A stretch of DNA of 60,892 bases from an uncultured bacterium (GTDB taxonomy: Bacteria > Methylomirabilota > Methylomirabilia > Methylomirabilales > CSP1-5). A program made the translations under genes and the position numbers. Every line of letters begins with the position of its first letter. Position 1 is the stretch's first letter. Below, one piece after another: positions 26,526 to 37,591 of the stretch. The notes under the pieces were generated by a model. That model searched no databases and had not been told where the DNA came from. It saw only the letters and a program-made list of their open reading frames with translations. The DNA is taken from contig CAYSDK010000001.1 of assembly GCA_964429865.1 (NCBI GenBank), positions 1-60,892 on the forward strand, written 5' to 3'.

Positions 26526-27671
26526 ATGGATCTCGCAGAACTCCTGAAAATCGCTGTTGAGCGGAAGGCCTCGGACCTCCACATCAAGGTGGGAGGCCCG
26601 CCAGTCATCCGGATCGACAACCGCTTGGTCCCGCTGAGCGAGAAACCTCGGATCAGCCAGGAGGAGGCGGTCCGGATGATCTTCTCCGTGATGAACGAGA
26701 GCCAGCGGGAGCACTTCAAGCTGAAGCGCGAGATCGACATGGCGCACAGCATCCCCGGCCTGGGCCGCTTCCGGGTCAACATCTTCCAGCAGCGCTCCAC
26801 CATCGGGATGGTCATGCGCATCATCCCGATAAAGATCCAGAGCATCGAGGAGCTGAATCTCCCCCCCGTCGTGGAGAAGCTCGCCATGGAGTCGCGGGGA
26901 TTGATCCTGGTCACCGGGGCGACCGGGACCGGGAAGACGACCACCCTGGCAAGCATGGTCGAGCATATGAACACGCACCGGAGCTCGCATATCATCACCA
27001 TCGAGGACCCCATCGAATACCTGATCCGGGACAAGAAATCGCTGGTCAACCAACGGGAGGTGGGGACCGACACCGACTCCTTTGGCGAAGCGCTCCGGAG
27101 CGCCATGCGGCAGGATCCCGATATCATCCTGGTGGGGGAGATGCGGGACTACGAAACGATCTCCACCGCCATCCTGGCGGCCGAGACGGGGCATCTGGTC
27201 CTGAGCACCCTCCATACGGTCGACGCCACGGAAACGATCAACCGAATCATCTCGGTCTACCCGCCGTATCAGCAGCGACAGGTCCGCCTCCAGCTTGCGG
27301 CGCTGCTCAGAGGCATCATCTCCATGCGATTGGTCCCGCGGGCCGATGGGCGAGGACGGGTCCCGGCTGCCGAAATCATGGTGGTGACGCAGACCATCCG
27401 GGAATGCGTCATCGATCCGGACAAGACCCGAAAGATCCCCGACTTCATCGCCGCCGGCCAGAGCCAGTACGGTTCGCAGACCTTTGATCAATCCCTCATG
27501 GTTCTCTACAAGCGTAGCCTCATCACGTACGAGGAGGCCCTGCTCTGGGCCTCCAACCCCGACGACTTTGCCCTCAAGGTTCGGGGGATCGAAGCCAGTT
27601 CGGAGCGAGCCACGCGCCCCTCAGACGAGGAGGGCGCTAAGGTCGCCGGACTGGAGCGCCTGGCCGGGTAA
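26526..27671 (+). CDS. pilT: type IV pilus retraction ATPase PilT family
   Basis: ASDLHI, Walker A GATGTGKTTT, IITIEDPIEY, MRQDPDIILVGEMRD and TGHLVLSTLHT. Confidence 0.88.
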   Translation: MDLAELLKIAVERKASDLHIKVGGPPVIRIDNRLVPLSEKPRISQEEAVRMIFSVMNESQREHFKLKREIDMAHSIPGLGRFRVNIFQQRSTIGMVMRIIPIKIQSIEELNLPPVVEKLAMESRGLILVTGATGTGKTTTLASMVEHMNTHRSSHIITIEDPIEYLIRDKKSLVNQREVGTDTDSFGEALRSAMRQDPDIILVGEMRDYETISTAILAAETGHLVLSTLHTVDATETINRIISVYPPYQQRQVRLQLAALLRGIISMRLVPRADGRGRVPAAEIMVVTQTIRECVIDPDKTRKIPDFIAAGQSQYGSQTFDQSLMVLYKRSLITYEEALLWASNPDDFALKVRGIEASSERATRPSDEEGAKVAGLERLAG

Positions 27672-27823
27672 CCGTCGCCCCTTCCCGTGTCGATCTCGGA
27701 TCACCAGCTGCCTTGGGGGCCCCCTTTCCTCTCCCCTCCTTCGCGACCCCCGTTCCTTGACAACACCGTCTCCATGCCCTACCATAACATACTGTAATCC
27801 TTGTAACCATCAGGGGGCGGAGG

Positions 27824-30484
27824 ATGCGGAAACTGAGTGGAGCAGAGGTCCGGGAGGCCTTCCTCACCTATTTCGCCTCACGAGGACACACCGTCGTTCC
27901 CAGTTCCTCCCTGGTTCCCAGGGCAGACCCTACCCTCCTGTTTACCAACGCCGGAATGGTCCAGTTCAAGGAGTGCTTCCTTGGACGGGAACGGCGCAAC
28001 TACACCAGGGCAACCTCGTGCCAGAAGTGCGTCCGGGCCGGTGGAAAGCACAACGATCTGGAAAACGTCGGGAAAACAGCCAGGCACCACACCTTCTTTG
28101 AGATGCTCGGCAACTTCTCCTTTGGCGACTACTTCAAAGAGGGGGCCATCGCCTACGCCTGGGAATGGTTCACGGTCGACCTCGGTCTGCCGCCCGAGCG
28201 GCTGTGGGCGACCATCTATACCGATGACGACGAGGCATTCCAGTTGTGGCAGACGATCGCCGGCCTTCCACCCGAGCGCATCGTCCGGTTGGGGGAGAAG
28301 GACAATTTCTGGGCGATGGGCGATACTGGCCCCTGCGGGCCGTGCTCGGAGATCGTGATCGATCAGGGGTCCGCAGTCGGGTGCGGCCGTCCCAACTGCA
28401 ACGTCGAGTGCGACTGCGACCGATACCTGGAGCTGTGGAACCTGGTCTTCATGCAGTTTAACCGGGACGCCAGCGGAACGCTCACCCCGTTGCCGAAGCC
28501 GAGTATCGACACCGGGGCAGGCCTCGAGCGCATCACCGCCGTGGTCCAGGGGGTATCCAGCAACTTCGATACGGATCTCCTGCGCCCCCTCATCACCGGT
28601 GTGGAGGAGGTCAGCGGCCGCTCCTACGGCGCGAAGGAGCGGGATGATATCTCCATGCGGGTCATCGCCGATCACGCCCGGGCGGTCACCGTCTTGCAAG
28701 GCGACGGCGTCTACCCAAGCAATGAAGGGCGAGGATACGTGCTCCGGCGCATCGTCCGGCGGGCCCTGCGACACGGGAAACTCCTGGGCCTTGAGGCGCC
28801 CTTCCTGGCGCGGATGACGGGACGTGTGGTCGATCTCATGAAGGGACAGTACCCGGAGCTTCAGCAGAGCCGCGACCGGGTGGCGCGCGAGACGCTTGCG
28901 GAGGAAGAGCGCTTCGGCCACACCCTGCAGATGGCCATCCCGCGCCTTGAGGAGGCCATCGCAGAGCTGAAGGCGGTTCGCGGTGAACACCGTCTGGGCG
29001 GCGAGATTCTTTTCAAGCTCTACGATACCTACGGTTTGCCCCGCGACATCGTCGATGAGATTGCCAGCGAACACGGGATCCGGTGCGCCTGGGAGGACTT
29101 CGAAAAGGAGCTTGAGCAGCAGCGGGACCGGGCGCGCCTCCACGCGGCCGCCTGGTTCAAGGGGGCCGAGATTTCCCCCACCGTGCAGGATCTGGCCCTG
29201 TCCACCCCGACCTCCTTCGTGGGGTATGACCAGTCGAGGGTCGAGGCCGAGGTGATCGCCATCGTGAAGGCGGGACAGCCGGGCGAGGTCATCACCCAAG
29301 GCGAGGAGGCGGAGATCATCCTGGACCGTACCCCCTTCTATGCCGAGGCGGGAGGACAGGTGGCCGATCTCGGCATCGTGGAGGGACCGCAGGGCGTGGC
29401 GGAGATTGTGGACGTCCAGCGGCCCCTGCCGACCGTCACGGTCCACCGGGTCAGGGTTCTCCGGGGGGTGATTCGCAAAGGCGAGCGCGTGGTGGCCGCT
29501 ATCGATGAGGGGCGCCGGGGGTTGATTGTGAAGAACCACACGGCCACGCACCTGCTTCATGAGGCCCTCCACCGGGTCCTCGGTGATCATGTCCGGCAGG
29601 AGGGTTCCCTCGTCGCCTCCGACCGCCTCCGGTTCGACTTTCGCCACTTCGGGCCGCTCACCGCCCCCGAGATCGCCCGCCTCGAACGGATGGTCAACGA
29701 AGAGCTCTGGCGGAACCTCCCGGTGATGATCGAGGACGGGGTTCTCTACGAGGAGGCCCTCGCCCGGGGTGCCAAGGCGTTCTTCGCCGACAAGTACGCG
29801 GATCGGGTCCGGGTTGTCGCGGTGTCCGGCTTTGGGCTCGAGCTGTGTGGAGGCACCCATGTCCAAGCCATCGGCGAGATCGGGATCTTCAAGATCGGGA
29901 GTGAGGGCAGTGTGGCGGCCGGCACACGCCGCATCGAGGCGTACACCGGCCCCGGGGCCTACGATTACCTCCTGAAAGAGGAGGCTGCTCTTCAGGAATC
30001 GGCTGAGGCGCTCAAGACCCGACCGCTCGACCTGCCGGAGAAGGTAGACCGGGTGAACCGGCGTGGGGAGGAGCTGGAGCAGGAGATCCAGCGACTGCGG
30101 AGCCGTCTTGCGGCCACGGTAGTCGAAGAGCTGCTGAAACGGGTCGAGACGGTTGAAGGACTGCGCGTCATCTCCGGACGGGTCGAGCACTTCGACCAGA
30201 AGGGGCTTCGTGACCTGGTGGACCGGCTCCGCGCCAAGCTTGGCACGGGGGTGGTGGTTCTGGGCACCCCCATTGATAATCGGGTTGGATGGGTGGCCGG
30301 GGTCACGGGTGACATCGTGCCGCGGGTCCATGCCGGCCAGCTTGTTCGAGAGTTGGCGCGCATGACCGGAGGGGAGGGGGGCGGCCGGGCCGACCTCGCT
30401 GAGGCGGGAGGGAAGGACCCCTCCAGACTCGACCATGCCCTCGCTCAAGTTCCGAGTCTCATCCGGCGGCTGTTGAGCCATTAG
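27824..30484 (+). CDS. alaS: alanine--tRNA ligase
   Basis: FTNAGMVQFK, KHNDLENVG, HHTFFEMLGNFSFGDYFK, and editing-domain HTATHLLHEALR...CGGTHV. 886 aa. Confidence 0.97.
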   Translation: MRKLSGAEVREAFLTYFASRGHTVVPSSSLVPRADPTLLFTNAGMVQFKECFLGRERRNYTRATSCQKCVRAGGKHNDLENVGKTARHHTFFEMLGNFSFGDYFKEGAIAYAWEWFTVDLGLPPERLWATIYTDDDEAFQLWQTIAGLPPERIVRLGEKDNFWAMGDTGPCGPCSEIVIDQGSAVGCGRPNCNVECDCDRYLELWNLVFMQFNRDASGTLTPLPKPSIDTGAGLERITAVVQGVSSNFDTDLLRPLITGVEEVSGRSYGAKERDDISMRVIADHARAVTVLQGDGVYPSNEGRGYVLRRIVRRALRHGKLLGLEAPFLARMTGRVVDLMKGQYPELQQSRDRVARETLAEEERFGHTLQMAIPRLEEAIAELKAVRGEHRLGGEILFKLYDTYGLPRDIVDEIASEHGIRCAWEDFEKELEQQRDRARLHAAAWFKGAEISPTVQDLALSTPTSFVGYDQSRVEAEVIAIVKAGQPGEVITQGEEAEIILDRTPFYAEAGGQVADLGIVEGPQGVAEIVDVQRPLPTVTVHRVRVLRGVIRKGERVVAAIDEGRRGLIVKNHTATHLLHEALHRVLGDHVRQEGSLVASDRLRFDFRHFGPLTAPEIARLERMVNEELWRNLPVMIEDGVLYEEALARGAKAFFADKYADRVRVVAVSGFGLELCGGTHVQAIGEIGIFKIGSEGSVAAGTRRIEAYTGPGAYDYLLKEEAALQESAEALKTRPLDLPEKVDRVNRRGEELEQEIQRLRSRLAATVVEELLKRVETVEGLRVISGRVEHFDQKGLRDLVDRLRAKLGTGVVVLGTPIDNRVGWVAGVTGDIVPRVHAGQLVRELARMTGGEGGGRADLAEAGGKDPSRLDHALAQVPSLIRRLLSH

Positions 30485-30543
30485 AGGCGCTTGAAATACG
30501 GGCGACGGCGTGGTATACAGGGCCTCTCGGAGGTTGCATTCGC

Positions 30544-31185
30544 GTGGCTGTTCGGGTGGAGAGAAGGACGCTTGCTATCGCCTCCGAGGGGTGGCCCTTC
30601 ATCCTTCCCCTCCTCGGGGGCGCGCTGGTCCTCTGGATGTTTGGCCTGCAAGGGGCCGGCCTCTTCCTGGGGCTGCTCGCCGGAGCGGTTGGCTTCTTCT
30701 TTCGGGACCCAGAGCGGCGCCCCCCCGGCGAGACCGGGGCGATTCTGGCCCCGGCTGATGGACGGGTCGTTCGGATCGGACCGCCCGTGGACGGACGACG
30801 GGGGACCGAGATCAGCATCTTTCTCTCCCTCTTCGATGTCCACATCAACCGCGCTCCGTGCGCCGGCCGGATCGCGGAGGTGGTTGCCAGCCGGGGGAGC
30901 TTCAAGGTGGCGTGGAAGGCTGAGGCCTCGCAGGTGAACGCCCGGACCCTGATTCACCTCCGGGGAGATATCGGGGACATCTTCGTGCGACAGGTGGCTG
31001 GCATCTTGGCTCGGCAGATCGTCACGTGGGTTCGACCCGGGCAAGAGGTGCGGGCGGGAGAACGGATCGGCATGATCCGTTTCGGCTCCCGGGTGGATCT
31101 GCTTCTGCCCGAGGGGGTGAGTCCGCGCGTGCGGATCGGGGAGCACGTGCGAGGCGGTGAGAGTATCATCGGGGTGGTCGCATGA
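30544..31185 (+). CDS. psd: phosphatidylserine decarboxylase proenzyme (short, archaetidylserine-decarboxylase-like type)
   Basis: N-terminal TM segments, FDVHINRAPCAGRI, and autocleavage-type FGSRVDLLLP. GTG start. Confidence 0.85.
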   Translation: MAVRVERRTLAIASEGWPFILPLLGGALVLWMFGLQGAGLFLGLLAGAVGFFFRDPERRPPGETGAILAPADGRVVRIGPPVDGRRGTEISIFLSLFDVHINRAPCAGRIAEVVASRGSFKVAWKAEASQVNARTLIHLRGDIGDIFVRQVAGILARQIVTWVRPGQEVRAGERIGMIRFGSRVDLLLPEGVSPRVRIGEHVRGGESIIGVVA

Positions 31186-31973
31186 AGCGGGAAGGGCGGC
31201 GCCGCGGGGTCTACATCCTGCCAAGCATCCTGACCATCGGGAATCTCTTCTGCGGATTCTACGCCATTATCGCAGTCTCTAAGCACGACTACTCCAAGGC
31301 GGCGTTAGCCATCATGATCGCGCTCGTGGTCGATTTCCTGGATGGGGCGGTCGCACGGATCGCAAAGGCCACCAGCGATTTTGGGGTGGAGCTGGACTCG
31401 TTGGCCGACCTGGTCTCCTTTGGGGTCGCCCCCGGGATGCTGGCCTACGTATTCGCCATGCGACCCTTCGGGCGCATCGGCTGGCTGGCGGCCTTCCTCT
31501 TTGCGGCGTGCGGGGCGCTCCGCCTGGCCCGGTTTAACGTGCAGACCAGGAAGCTCGACAAACGCCACTTCGTGGGGCTCCCCATCCCCGCAGCGGCAGG
31601 CATCATCGCCTCGACCGTCCTCTTTCTCGGCGATGATCCCTCGCTCAAGCTCCTCGAGGTGCAGGTCCTTTCGGCGGAGGTCACCTCGGCCCTCATCGTG
31701 GTTTTGGTGGCGGCCACCGCCTTTCTCATGGTGAGCAAGGTCCGGTACCGCTCCCTGAAAGAGATTGACATCGCCCGCCGGCGTCCCTTCACGATTCTCG
31801 TCAGCCTGCTCCTGGCCATGCTGATCATTGCCGCGGAGCCGAGCCTCCTCCTCTTCGGCCTTTTCTTCCTCTATGCCCTCTCCGGTTTCCTCCGCTACCT
31901 CCCCTTCGGGCGCAGGCGCGTCCTCCTCGGTGAAGAGCTCGAGCTTACGCCGGGGGAGCCTCGCTCCCCGTGA
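31182..31973 (+). CDS. pssA: CDP-diacylglycerol--serine O-phosphatidyltransferase
   Basis: CDP-alcohol phosphatidyltransferase motif DFLDGAVAR...GVELDSLADLVSFG, multi-TM. Its start overlaps the psd stop. Confidence 0.88.
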   Translation: MKREGRRRGVYILPSILTIGNLFCGFYAIIAVSKHDYSKAALAIMIALVVDFLDGAVARIAKATSDFGVELDSLADLVSFGVAPGMLAYVFAMRPFGRIGWLAAFLFAACGALRLARFNVQTRKLDKRHFVGLPIPAAAGIIASTVLFLGDDPSLKLLEVQVLSAEVTSALIVVLVAATAFLMVSKVRYRSLKEIDIARRRPFTILVSLLLAMLIIAAEPSLLLFGLFFLYALSGFLRYLPFGRRRVLLGEELELTPGEPRSP

Positions 31974-32091
31974 GGGAGGGTTCCCCCGGCGTGGACCGCA
32001 CTCATTCTCATTCGTTGATGAATCGGACAGACCCCCAGGGTCATCGTGTCCGCACGGTGATGTCGTAGAGGCATGACGAGAGGAGAAAGCG

Positions 32092-33636
32092 ATGGCGACG
32101 CGGATTTTGATCTTTGACACCACGTTACGCGATGGAGAGCAGTCTCCTGGGTACAGCATGAATACGCGGGAGAAGCTGGAGCTGGCCCGCCAGCTGGCCC
32201 GACTGCGCGTCGATGTCATCGAGGCAGGGTTCCCTGTCGCCTCCCCGGATGACTTCGAAGCCGTCAAGGTCGTCTCCCAGAGTATTCGGGAGGGGATCAC
32301 GATTGCCGGCCTGTGCCGCACCCGGGACCAGGACATCGACCGGGCCTGGGAGGCCCTGCAGCACGCGGAGCGGCCCCGGATCCACACCTTCATCGCCACC
32401 TCGGACATCCACATGCAGTACAAGCTGAAGATGAGCCGGGAGGAAGTGATGGAGGCGGCGGTCCGGGCCGTGAGGCGGGCCCGTGGTTACACGGACGATG
32501 TGGAGTTCTCGTGTGAAGACGCCTGCCGGACGGATCCGGACTTTCTCTGTCAGATGGTCGATGCGGCCATCAAGGCCGGGGCGACGACCATCAATATTCC
32601 GGATACGGTGGGATACGCCATGCCGTGGGAGTATGGGGAGCGGATTCGCACCCTCATGAAGCGCGTCCCCAACATCGACACAGTGATCGTGAGTGCCCAC
32701 TGCCATAATGACCTGGGCCTGGCCGTTTCAAATTCTCTGGAGGGGATTCGGCAAGGGGTGCGACAGGTGGAGTGCACCATCAACGGCATCGGGGAGCGAG
32801 CGGGAAACGCCTCGCTCGAAGAGATCGTGATGACCATCCGGACCCGGCGCGACCTCTTGAATGCGGAGACCGGGGTCAACACCGAGGAGATCTACAAGAC
32901 CTCGAAGCTGCTCACCACCATCACGGGCGTTCCGGTCCAGCCGAATAAGGCCATTGTCGGCGCCAACGCCTTTGCCCATGAGGCCGGCATCCACCAGCAC
33001 GGAATGCTCTCGCACGCGCTGACGTACGAGATCATGACGCCGCAATCGGTGGGGGTGCCGCAGAGTCGCCTGGTGCTGGGCAAGCATTCGGGCCGCCACG
33101 CGCTCAAGAAGCGACTCCAGGACCTGGGGGTCGATCTCAACGAAGAGGATCTCAACCGCGCGTTCGTCCGCTTCAAGGAGCTCTGCGACAAGAAGAAGGA
33201 GGTCTTCGACGACGACCTGCTCGCCATCGTGGGAGAGCAGGTGCTGGCCATTGCCGAAACCTACGTCCTGGAGCACCTCCAGTTCGCCAGCGGGACGAAT
33301 ATGATCCCCACGGCCACGATCCGCCTGAAGAAGCAGGATGAGATCTTCCAGGAATCGGGATGGGGGGACGGCCCCGTCGATGCGACCTTCAAGGCCATCG
33401 ATCAGGTTACCGGAATCCACCCGAGGCTGAAGGAGTATAGCATCCGGGCGGTCACCTCGGGCAAGGACGCCCTGGGAGAGGTGATGGTCTCCATCGAGGT
33501 TGACGGCCAGACGGTCATCGGCCGCGGGACCTCGACGGACGTGATCGAGGCCAGCGCCAAGGCGTATCTGAACGCGATCAACCGGGTCATCGGACGCAAG
33601 GCGCCTCCCGCCAAGGAGGTGCGTCAGGGTGTCTGA
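32092..33636 (+). CDS. leuA: 2-isopropylmalate synthase
   Basis: [28 protein letters not shown], and a C-terminal LeuA dimerisation/regulatory domain. Confidence 0.95.
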   Translation: MATRILIFDTTLRDGEQSPGYSMNTREKLELARQLARLRVDVIEAGFPVASPDDFEAVKVVSQSIREGITIAGLCRTRDQDIDRAWEALQHAERPRIHTFIATSDIHMQYKLKMSREEVMEAAVRAVRRARGYTDDVEFSCEDACRTDPDFLCQMVDAAIKAGATTINIPDTVGYAMPWEYGERIRTLMKRVPNIDTVIVSAHCHNDLGLAVSNSLEGIRQGVRQVECTINGIGERAGNASLEEIVMTIRTRRDLLNAETGVNTEEIYKTSKLLTTITGVPVQPNKAIVGANAFAHEAGIHQHGMLSHALTYEIMTPQSVGVPQSRLVLGKHSGRHALKKRLQDLGVDLNEEDLNRAFVRFKELCDKKKEVFDDDLLAIVGEQVLAIAETYVLEHLQFASGTNMIPTATIRLKKQDEIFQESGWGDGPVDATFKAIDQVTGIHPRLKEYSIRAVTSGKDALGEVMVSIEVDGQTVIGRGTSTDVIEASAKAYLNAINRVIGRKAPPAKEVRQGV

Positions 33637-33703
33637 TTCGGGCGCCACTCACGAGGGGCCCACACCTTGTCCGAGGCGGTGACATCTGCGAGAATACCAT
33701 CAT

Positions 33704-35107
33704 ATGGGTGAGACCCTGCTCGACAAAGTCTGGCGTGCCCACACCGTGCAAATGCTCCCCTCGGGACAGACGCAGCTCTTCATCGGGCTGCACCTGATCC
33801 ACGAGGTGACGAGCCCCCAGGCCTTCCAGATGCTCAGGGAGGCGGGGCTCAAGGTCCGTGTGCCGGAGCGTACATTCGCCACCATTGATCACATTGTCCC
33901 GACCGCCTCGCAGATGCGCCCCTTCGGCGACCTGTTGGCCGAGGAGATGACCGTCCACCTGGTGAGGAACTGCCAGGAGTTCGACATCCGGCTCTTCGAT
34001 CTGAACAGCGGGCGCCAAGGCATCGTCCATGTCATCGGGCCGGAGCTGGGTCTCACCCAGCCGGGAATGACCATCGCGTGCGGCGACAGCCATACCTCGA
34101 CCCACGGGGCGCTCGGGGCGCTGGCCTTCGGGATCGGGACGAGTCAGGTGCGGGACGTGCTGGCGACGCAGTGCCTGGCGATGGCCAAACCGAAGCTGCG
34201 CCAGATTCGGGTCGAGGGACTTCTCGCGCGCGGCGTCTACGCCAAGGACGTGATCCTCTCCATCATCCAACGGCTCGGTGTGAAGGGCGGCGTGGGGTAC
34301 GCCTACGAGTACGCCGGGTCGGCCGTTGAGGCCATGTCCATGGAGGAGCGCCTCACCATCTGCAACATGAGCATTGAGGGGGGTGCCCGGGCGGGCTACG
34401 TCAATCCCGACGCGACGACGTTCGGTTATCTCAAGGGACGCCCCTTTGCGCCGCAGGGAGGAGCCTTCGATCGGGCGGTGGCCTGGTGGAGGAGCATGGC
34501 GACAGAACCGGGGGCCACCTTCGACGACGTCGTCACGTTGGACGGAGGGTCGATCCAACCTGTGGTGACCTGGGGGATCAATCCCGGGCAGTCGGTGGGG
34601 GTCGGGGATCGGATCCCGAATCCGGCGGAGGCGCCGGAGACGGACCGCGCCGCCTGGACAGAGGCACTGACCTTTATGGATTTCAAGCCGGGTCAGCCGA
34701 TCGCCGGGACCCGCATCGACGTGGCCTTCATCGGCTCGTGCACGAATGCGCGCCTCTCAGACCTTCGGGCCGCCGCCCAGGTCGCCCGAGGGCGGACGGT
34801 GGCGAAGGGAGTGCGCGCACTGGTGGTCCCAGGTTCGCAGGCCGTCGCGGCGGCGGCCGAAGCCGAGGGGCTTCACGTGATCTTTCAGGAGGCGGGATTC
34901 GAGTGGCGCAAGGCGGGCTGCTCGCTCTGTCTCGGCATGAACGAAGACAAGCTGAAAGGCCGCGAGATCTGTGCCTCGTCCAGCAATCGGAACTTCAAAG
35001 GACGGCAGGGCTCTCCCACGGGGCGGACACTCCTCATGAGCCCGGCCATGGTGGCGGCGGCGTCTATCGCAGGGGAGGTCGTTGACGTGCGCGAGTTGCT
35101 CCGGTGA
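33704..35107 (+). CDS. leuC: 3-isopropylmalate dehydratase large subunit
   Basis: Aconitase-family motifs [32 protein letters not shown] and NRNFKGRQG. Confidence 0.95.
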   Translation: MGETLLDKVWRAHTVQMLPSGQTQLFIGLHLIHEVTSPQAFQMLREAGLKVRVPERTFATIDHIVPTASQMRPFGDLLAEEMTVHLVRNCQEFDIRLFDLNSGRQGIVHVIGPELGLTQPGMTIACGDSHTSTHGALGALAFGIGTSQVRDVLATQCLAMAKPKLRQIRVEGLLARGVYAKDVILSIIQRLGVKGGVGYAYEYAGSAVEAMSMEERLTICNMSIEGGARAGYVNPDATTFGYLKGRPFAPQGGAFDRAVAWWRSMATEPGATFDDVVTLDGGSIQPVVTWGINPGQSVGVGDRIPNPAEAPETDRAAWTEALTFMDFKPGQPIAGTRIDVAFIGSCTNARLSDLRAAAQVARGRTVAKGVRALVVPGSQAVAAAAEAEGLHVIFQEAGFEWRKAGCSLCLGMNEDKLKGREICASSSNRNFKGRQGSPTGRTLLMSPAMVAAASIAGEVVDVRELLR

Positions 35108-35700
35108 GTCGCGACAGCGTTCGGCGGCAGATCGTCGGCCGCGGGATTCCCCTGCCCGGCAACGACATCGACACCGACCGAATCATCCCCGCCCGGTTCC
35201 TCAAGAGCGTCACCTTCGAGGGGCTTGAACAGCACGTCTTTGTAGACGATCGCTTGCAGGCGCCTGACCATCCCTTCAACGAGGACCGGTACCAGGGGGC
35301 ATCGATCCTCGTGGTTGGGCTCAACTTCGGGTGCGGCTCGTCCCGGGAGCACGCACCAGAGGCGCTGAAGCGCTGGGGCATCCGGGGGATCGTGGGGGGA
35401 TCGTTTGCGGAGATCTTTTTCGGGAACTCGACGGCCCTCGGCATCCCGTGTCTGACGGTGGCCCCACAGGATGTCGAGTGGTTGATGGGGGCCGTCGCGC
35501 ACCACCCCGAGCGCGAGATCGTGCTCGACGTGGAGGCCCAAGGGGTGCGCTTGGGCGACCGGACCATCCCTGCCAGGCTTCCCGACGCGGCTCGGAAGCA
35601 GCTCCTGACAGGCACGTGGACCGCCACCGCCGTCCTGCTGGAGGCAGGTGAGGAGATCGAGCGGGTAGCGAAGGGCCTCCCGTACCTCAGGGGGTACTGA
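35104..35700 (+). CDS. leuD: 3-isopropylmalate dehydratase small subunit
   Basis: [13 protein letters not shown] and [16 protein letters not shown] overlap with leuC. Confidence 0.93.
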   Translation: MSRDSVRRQIVGRGIPLPGNDIDTDRIIPARFLKSVTFEGLEQHVFVDDRLQAPDHPFNEDRYQGASILVVGLNFGCGSSREHAPEALKRWGIRGIVGGSFAEIFFGNSTALGIPCLTVAPQDVEWLMGAVAHHPEREIVLDVEAQGVRLGDRTIPARLPDAARKQLLTGTWTATAVLLEAGEEIERVAKGLPYLRGY

Positions 35701-35707
35701 CGACCGC

Positions 35708-35828
35708 GTACAGAGTGCAGAATAGTGCAGCAAGGTGCAGAGTACAGCGTGCAGGGTGCAGCGGGGTGCAGAGCACAACGTGCAGAGTAGAGCGTGCAGG
35801 GTGCACGGTGAAGGGATAGAGTAGAAAG
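35708..35828 (+). repeat. heptanucleotide tandem array C (17 heptads, core GTGCAGN/GTRCAGN, three 3-nt phase spacers)
   Basis: The layout is gtacaga gtgcaga [ata] gtgcagc [aag] gtgcaga gtacagc gtgcagg gtgcagc [ggg] gtgcaga gcacaac gtgcaga gtagagc gtgcagg gtgcacg gtgaagg gatagag tagaaag, then the ATG of asd at 35829. Confidence 0.9.
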
Positions 35829-36845
35829 ATGGGCAGAAGCGGGTATCGGGTGGCGATTGCGGGGGCAACGGGGGCGGTGGGGCAGACCATGCTCTCGATC
35901 CTCGCCGAGCGGAACTTCCCGGTGCGCAGCCTCCGACTCCTGGCCTCGGAACGGTCGGAGGGGAAGGTTCTCCACTTCAAGGGAGAAGAGGTCAAGGTCG
36001 AGCGACTGACGGAGCGCTCATTCGAGGGGATCGAGCTGGCCCTGTTCTCTGCCGGCGCCAGCCGCAGTAAGGAGTTTGCTCCGGAGGCGGTCAGGGCGGG
36101 CGCGCTGGTGGTCGACAACAGCTCCGCTTTTCGGATGGACCCCACCGTCCCCCTCGTGGTCCCTGAGATCAACCCCGAGGCGGCCCGGCGTCACAGCGGG
36201 CTGATCGCCAATCCCAATTGCACCACCGTCGTGACGGTCATGGCTTTGAAGCCGCTGCACGAGGCGGCCAAGGTCAGGCGCGTCATCGTGTCGAGCTATC
36301 AAGCGGTCTCGGGGGCGGGAGCCCAGGCGCTCGAAGAGCTCAAGCAACAGGTCCTCGCATGGGTCAAGGGGGAGCCGGCGGAATCCAAGGTCTTTCCGCA
36401 TCCGATCGCCTTTAACCTCATTCCCCAGGTGGATGTATTCGAAGCCAGCGGCTACACCCGGGAGGAGATGAAGCTCGTCCATGAGACCCGCAAGATCCTG
36501 GAAGATGAGACGATGCGCATCGCCGCGACCACGGTCCGGGTCCCCGTCTGGTACGCCCACTCGGTCTCTGTGACCGCGGAGACAGAGCGGAAGGTGACGG
36601 TGGAGGAGGCCCGAAGGCTCTTCGCCAGCTTCCCCGGCCTCAAGCTGTGGGACGATCCGGCCAACCGCCAGTACCCCATGCCCATCGTCGCCACGGGGAA
36701 GGATGAGTGTTACATCGGCCGAATCCGGGAGGATCTCTCAAGTGACAAGGGACTCACCTTCTGGGTCGTGGGGGATCAGCTCCGGAAGGGGGCGGCGCTC
36801 AACGCCATTCAGATCGCCGAGTTGGTCTTGGAGGTGAAGAGGTAG
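35829..36845 (+). CDS. asd: aspartate-semialdehyde dehydrogenase
   Basis: VAIAGATGAVGQ, active-site NPNCTT, and SYQAVSGAG. Confidence 0.95.
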   Translation: MGRSGYRVAIAGATGAVGQTMLSILAERNFPVRSLRLLASERSEGKVLHFKGEEVKVERLTERSFEGIELALFSAGASRSKEFAPEAVRAGALVVDNSSAFRMDPTVPLVVPEINPEAARRHSGLIANPNCTTVVTVMALKPLHEAAKVRRVIVSSYQAVSGAGAQALEELKQQVLAWVKGEPAESKVFPHPIAFNLIPQVDVFEASGYTREEMKLVHETRKILEDETMRIAATTVRVPVWYAHSVSVTAETERKVTVEEARRLFASFPGLKLWDDPANRQYPMPIVATGKDECYIGRIREDLSSDKGLTFWVVGDQLRKGAALNAIQIAELVLEVKR

Positions 36846-36856
36846 GTCCTCGGCTC

Positions 36857-37591
36857 GTGCAGAACCTCACGTTGACCCTGGAATATGACGGAACCGCGTA
36901 TCACGGCTGGCAAGTCCAGCCGGGGCTGCCAACCATTCAGGGGGCCCTCGAGGAGACCGTGAAGCGCATTTCAGGCGAGGCGGTCCGGGTCATCGGCGGC
37001 GGGCGGACCGACGCAGGGGTCCACGCCCTCGGCCAGGTGGCCAACTTCCGGACGAGCAAGGGTCTCGCCCTCGACACATGGCGGCGGGCCCTCAATGGCC
37101 TGCTCCCACCCGACATCGTGGTGCACCGCGTCGAACATGCGCCTGACGAGTTTGACGCCCGCCGATTCGCCACGCACAAAACCTACCGGTACTCCATCTG
37201 GAACGCCCCGTTCCCGTCTGCCCTCGAGCGACACTGTGTTCTTCAGATCCCCGATCCTTTAGACGTCGCCTCCATGGCCGAGGGGGCGACGTCCCTGATC
37301 GGCGAGCACGATTTTTCCGCTTTTCGGGCGGCCGACGTCAGCCCGCCCCACCCCGTGCGCCGCGTGGTCGAGGCGCGCTTCGCACAGGAGGCGAATCGTC
37401 TCCACTTTATCATCACGGGAAACGGCTTCCTGAAGCACATGATCCGGATCATCGTGGGGACGCTGCTCGACGTTGGCAGAGGCAAGCTCAGCCCTGAAGG
37501 CTTGGAGCGAATCTTGCAATCCAAGGACCGCCAGAGGGCCGGGCGGACGGCGCCCCCTCACGGCTTATGCCTCATAGAGGTGATGTATTAG
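36857..37591 (+). CDS. truA: tRNA pseudouridine(38-40) synthase
   Basis: [16 protein letters not shown], catalytic [11 protein letters not shown], and [16 protein letters not shown] start. Confidence 0.93.
   Translation: MQNLTLTLEYDGTAYHGWQVQPGLPTIQGALEETVKRISGEAVRVIGGGRTDAGVHALGQVANFRTSKGLALDTWRRALNGLLPPDIVVHRVEHAPDEFDARRFATHKTYRYSIWNAPFPSALERHCVLQIPDPLDVASMAEGATSLIGEHDFSAFRAADVSPPHPVRRVVEARFAQEANRLHFIITGNGFLKHMIRIIVGTLLDVGRGKLSPEGLERILQSKDRQRAGRTAPPHGLCLIEVMY

Noticed and set aside
35708-35828. Whether the GTGCAG repeat region could be a CRISPR array.
   Set aside because: The units are 7 nt with no unique spacers of 25-40 nt, and there are no cas genes. It is a simple heptad tandem array, not a CRISPR array.
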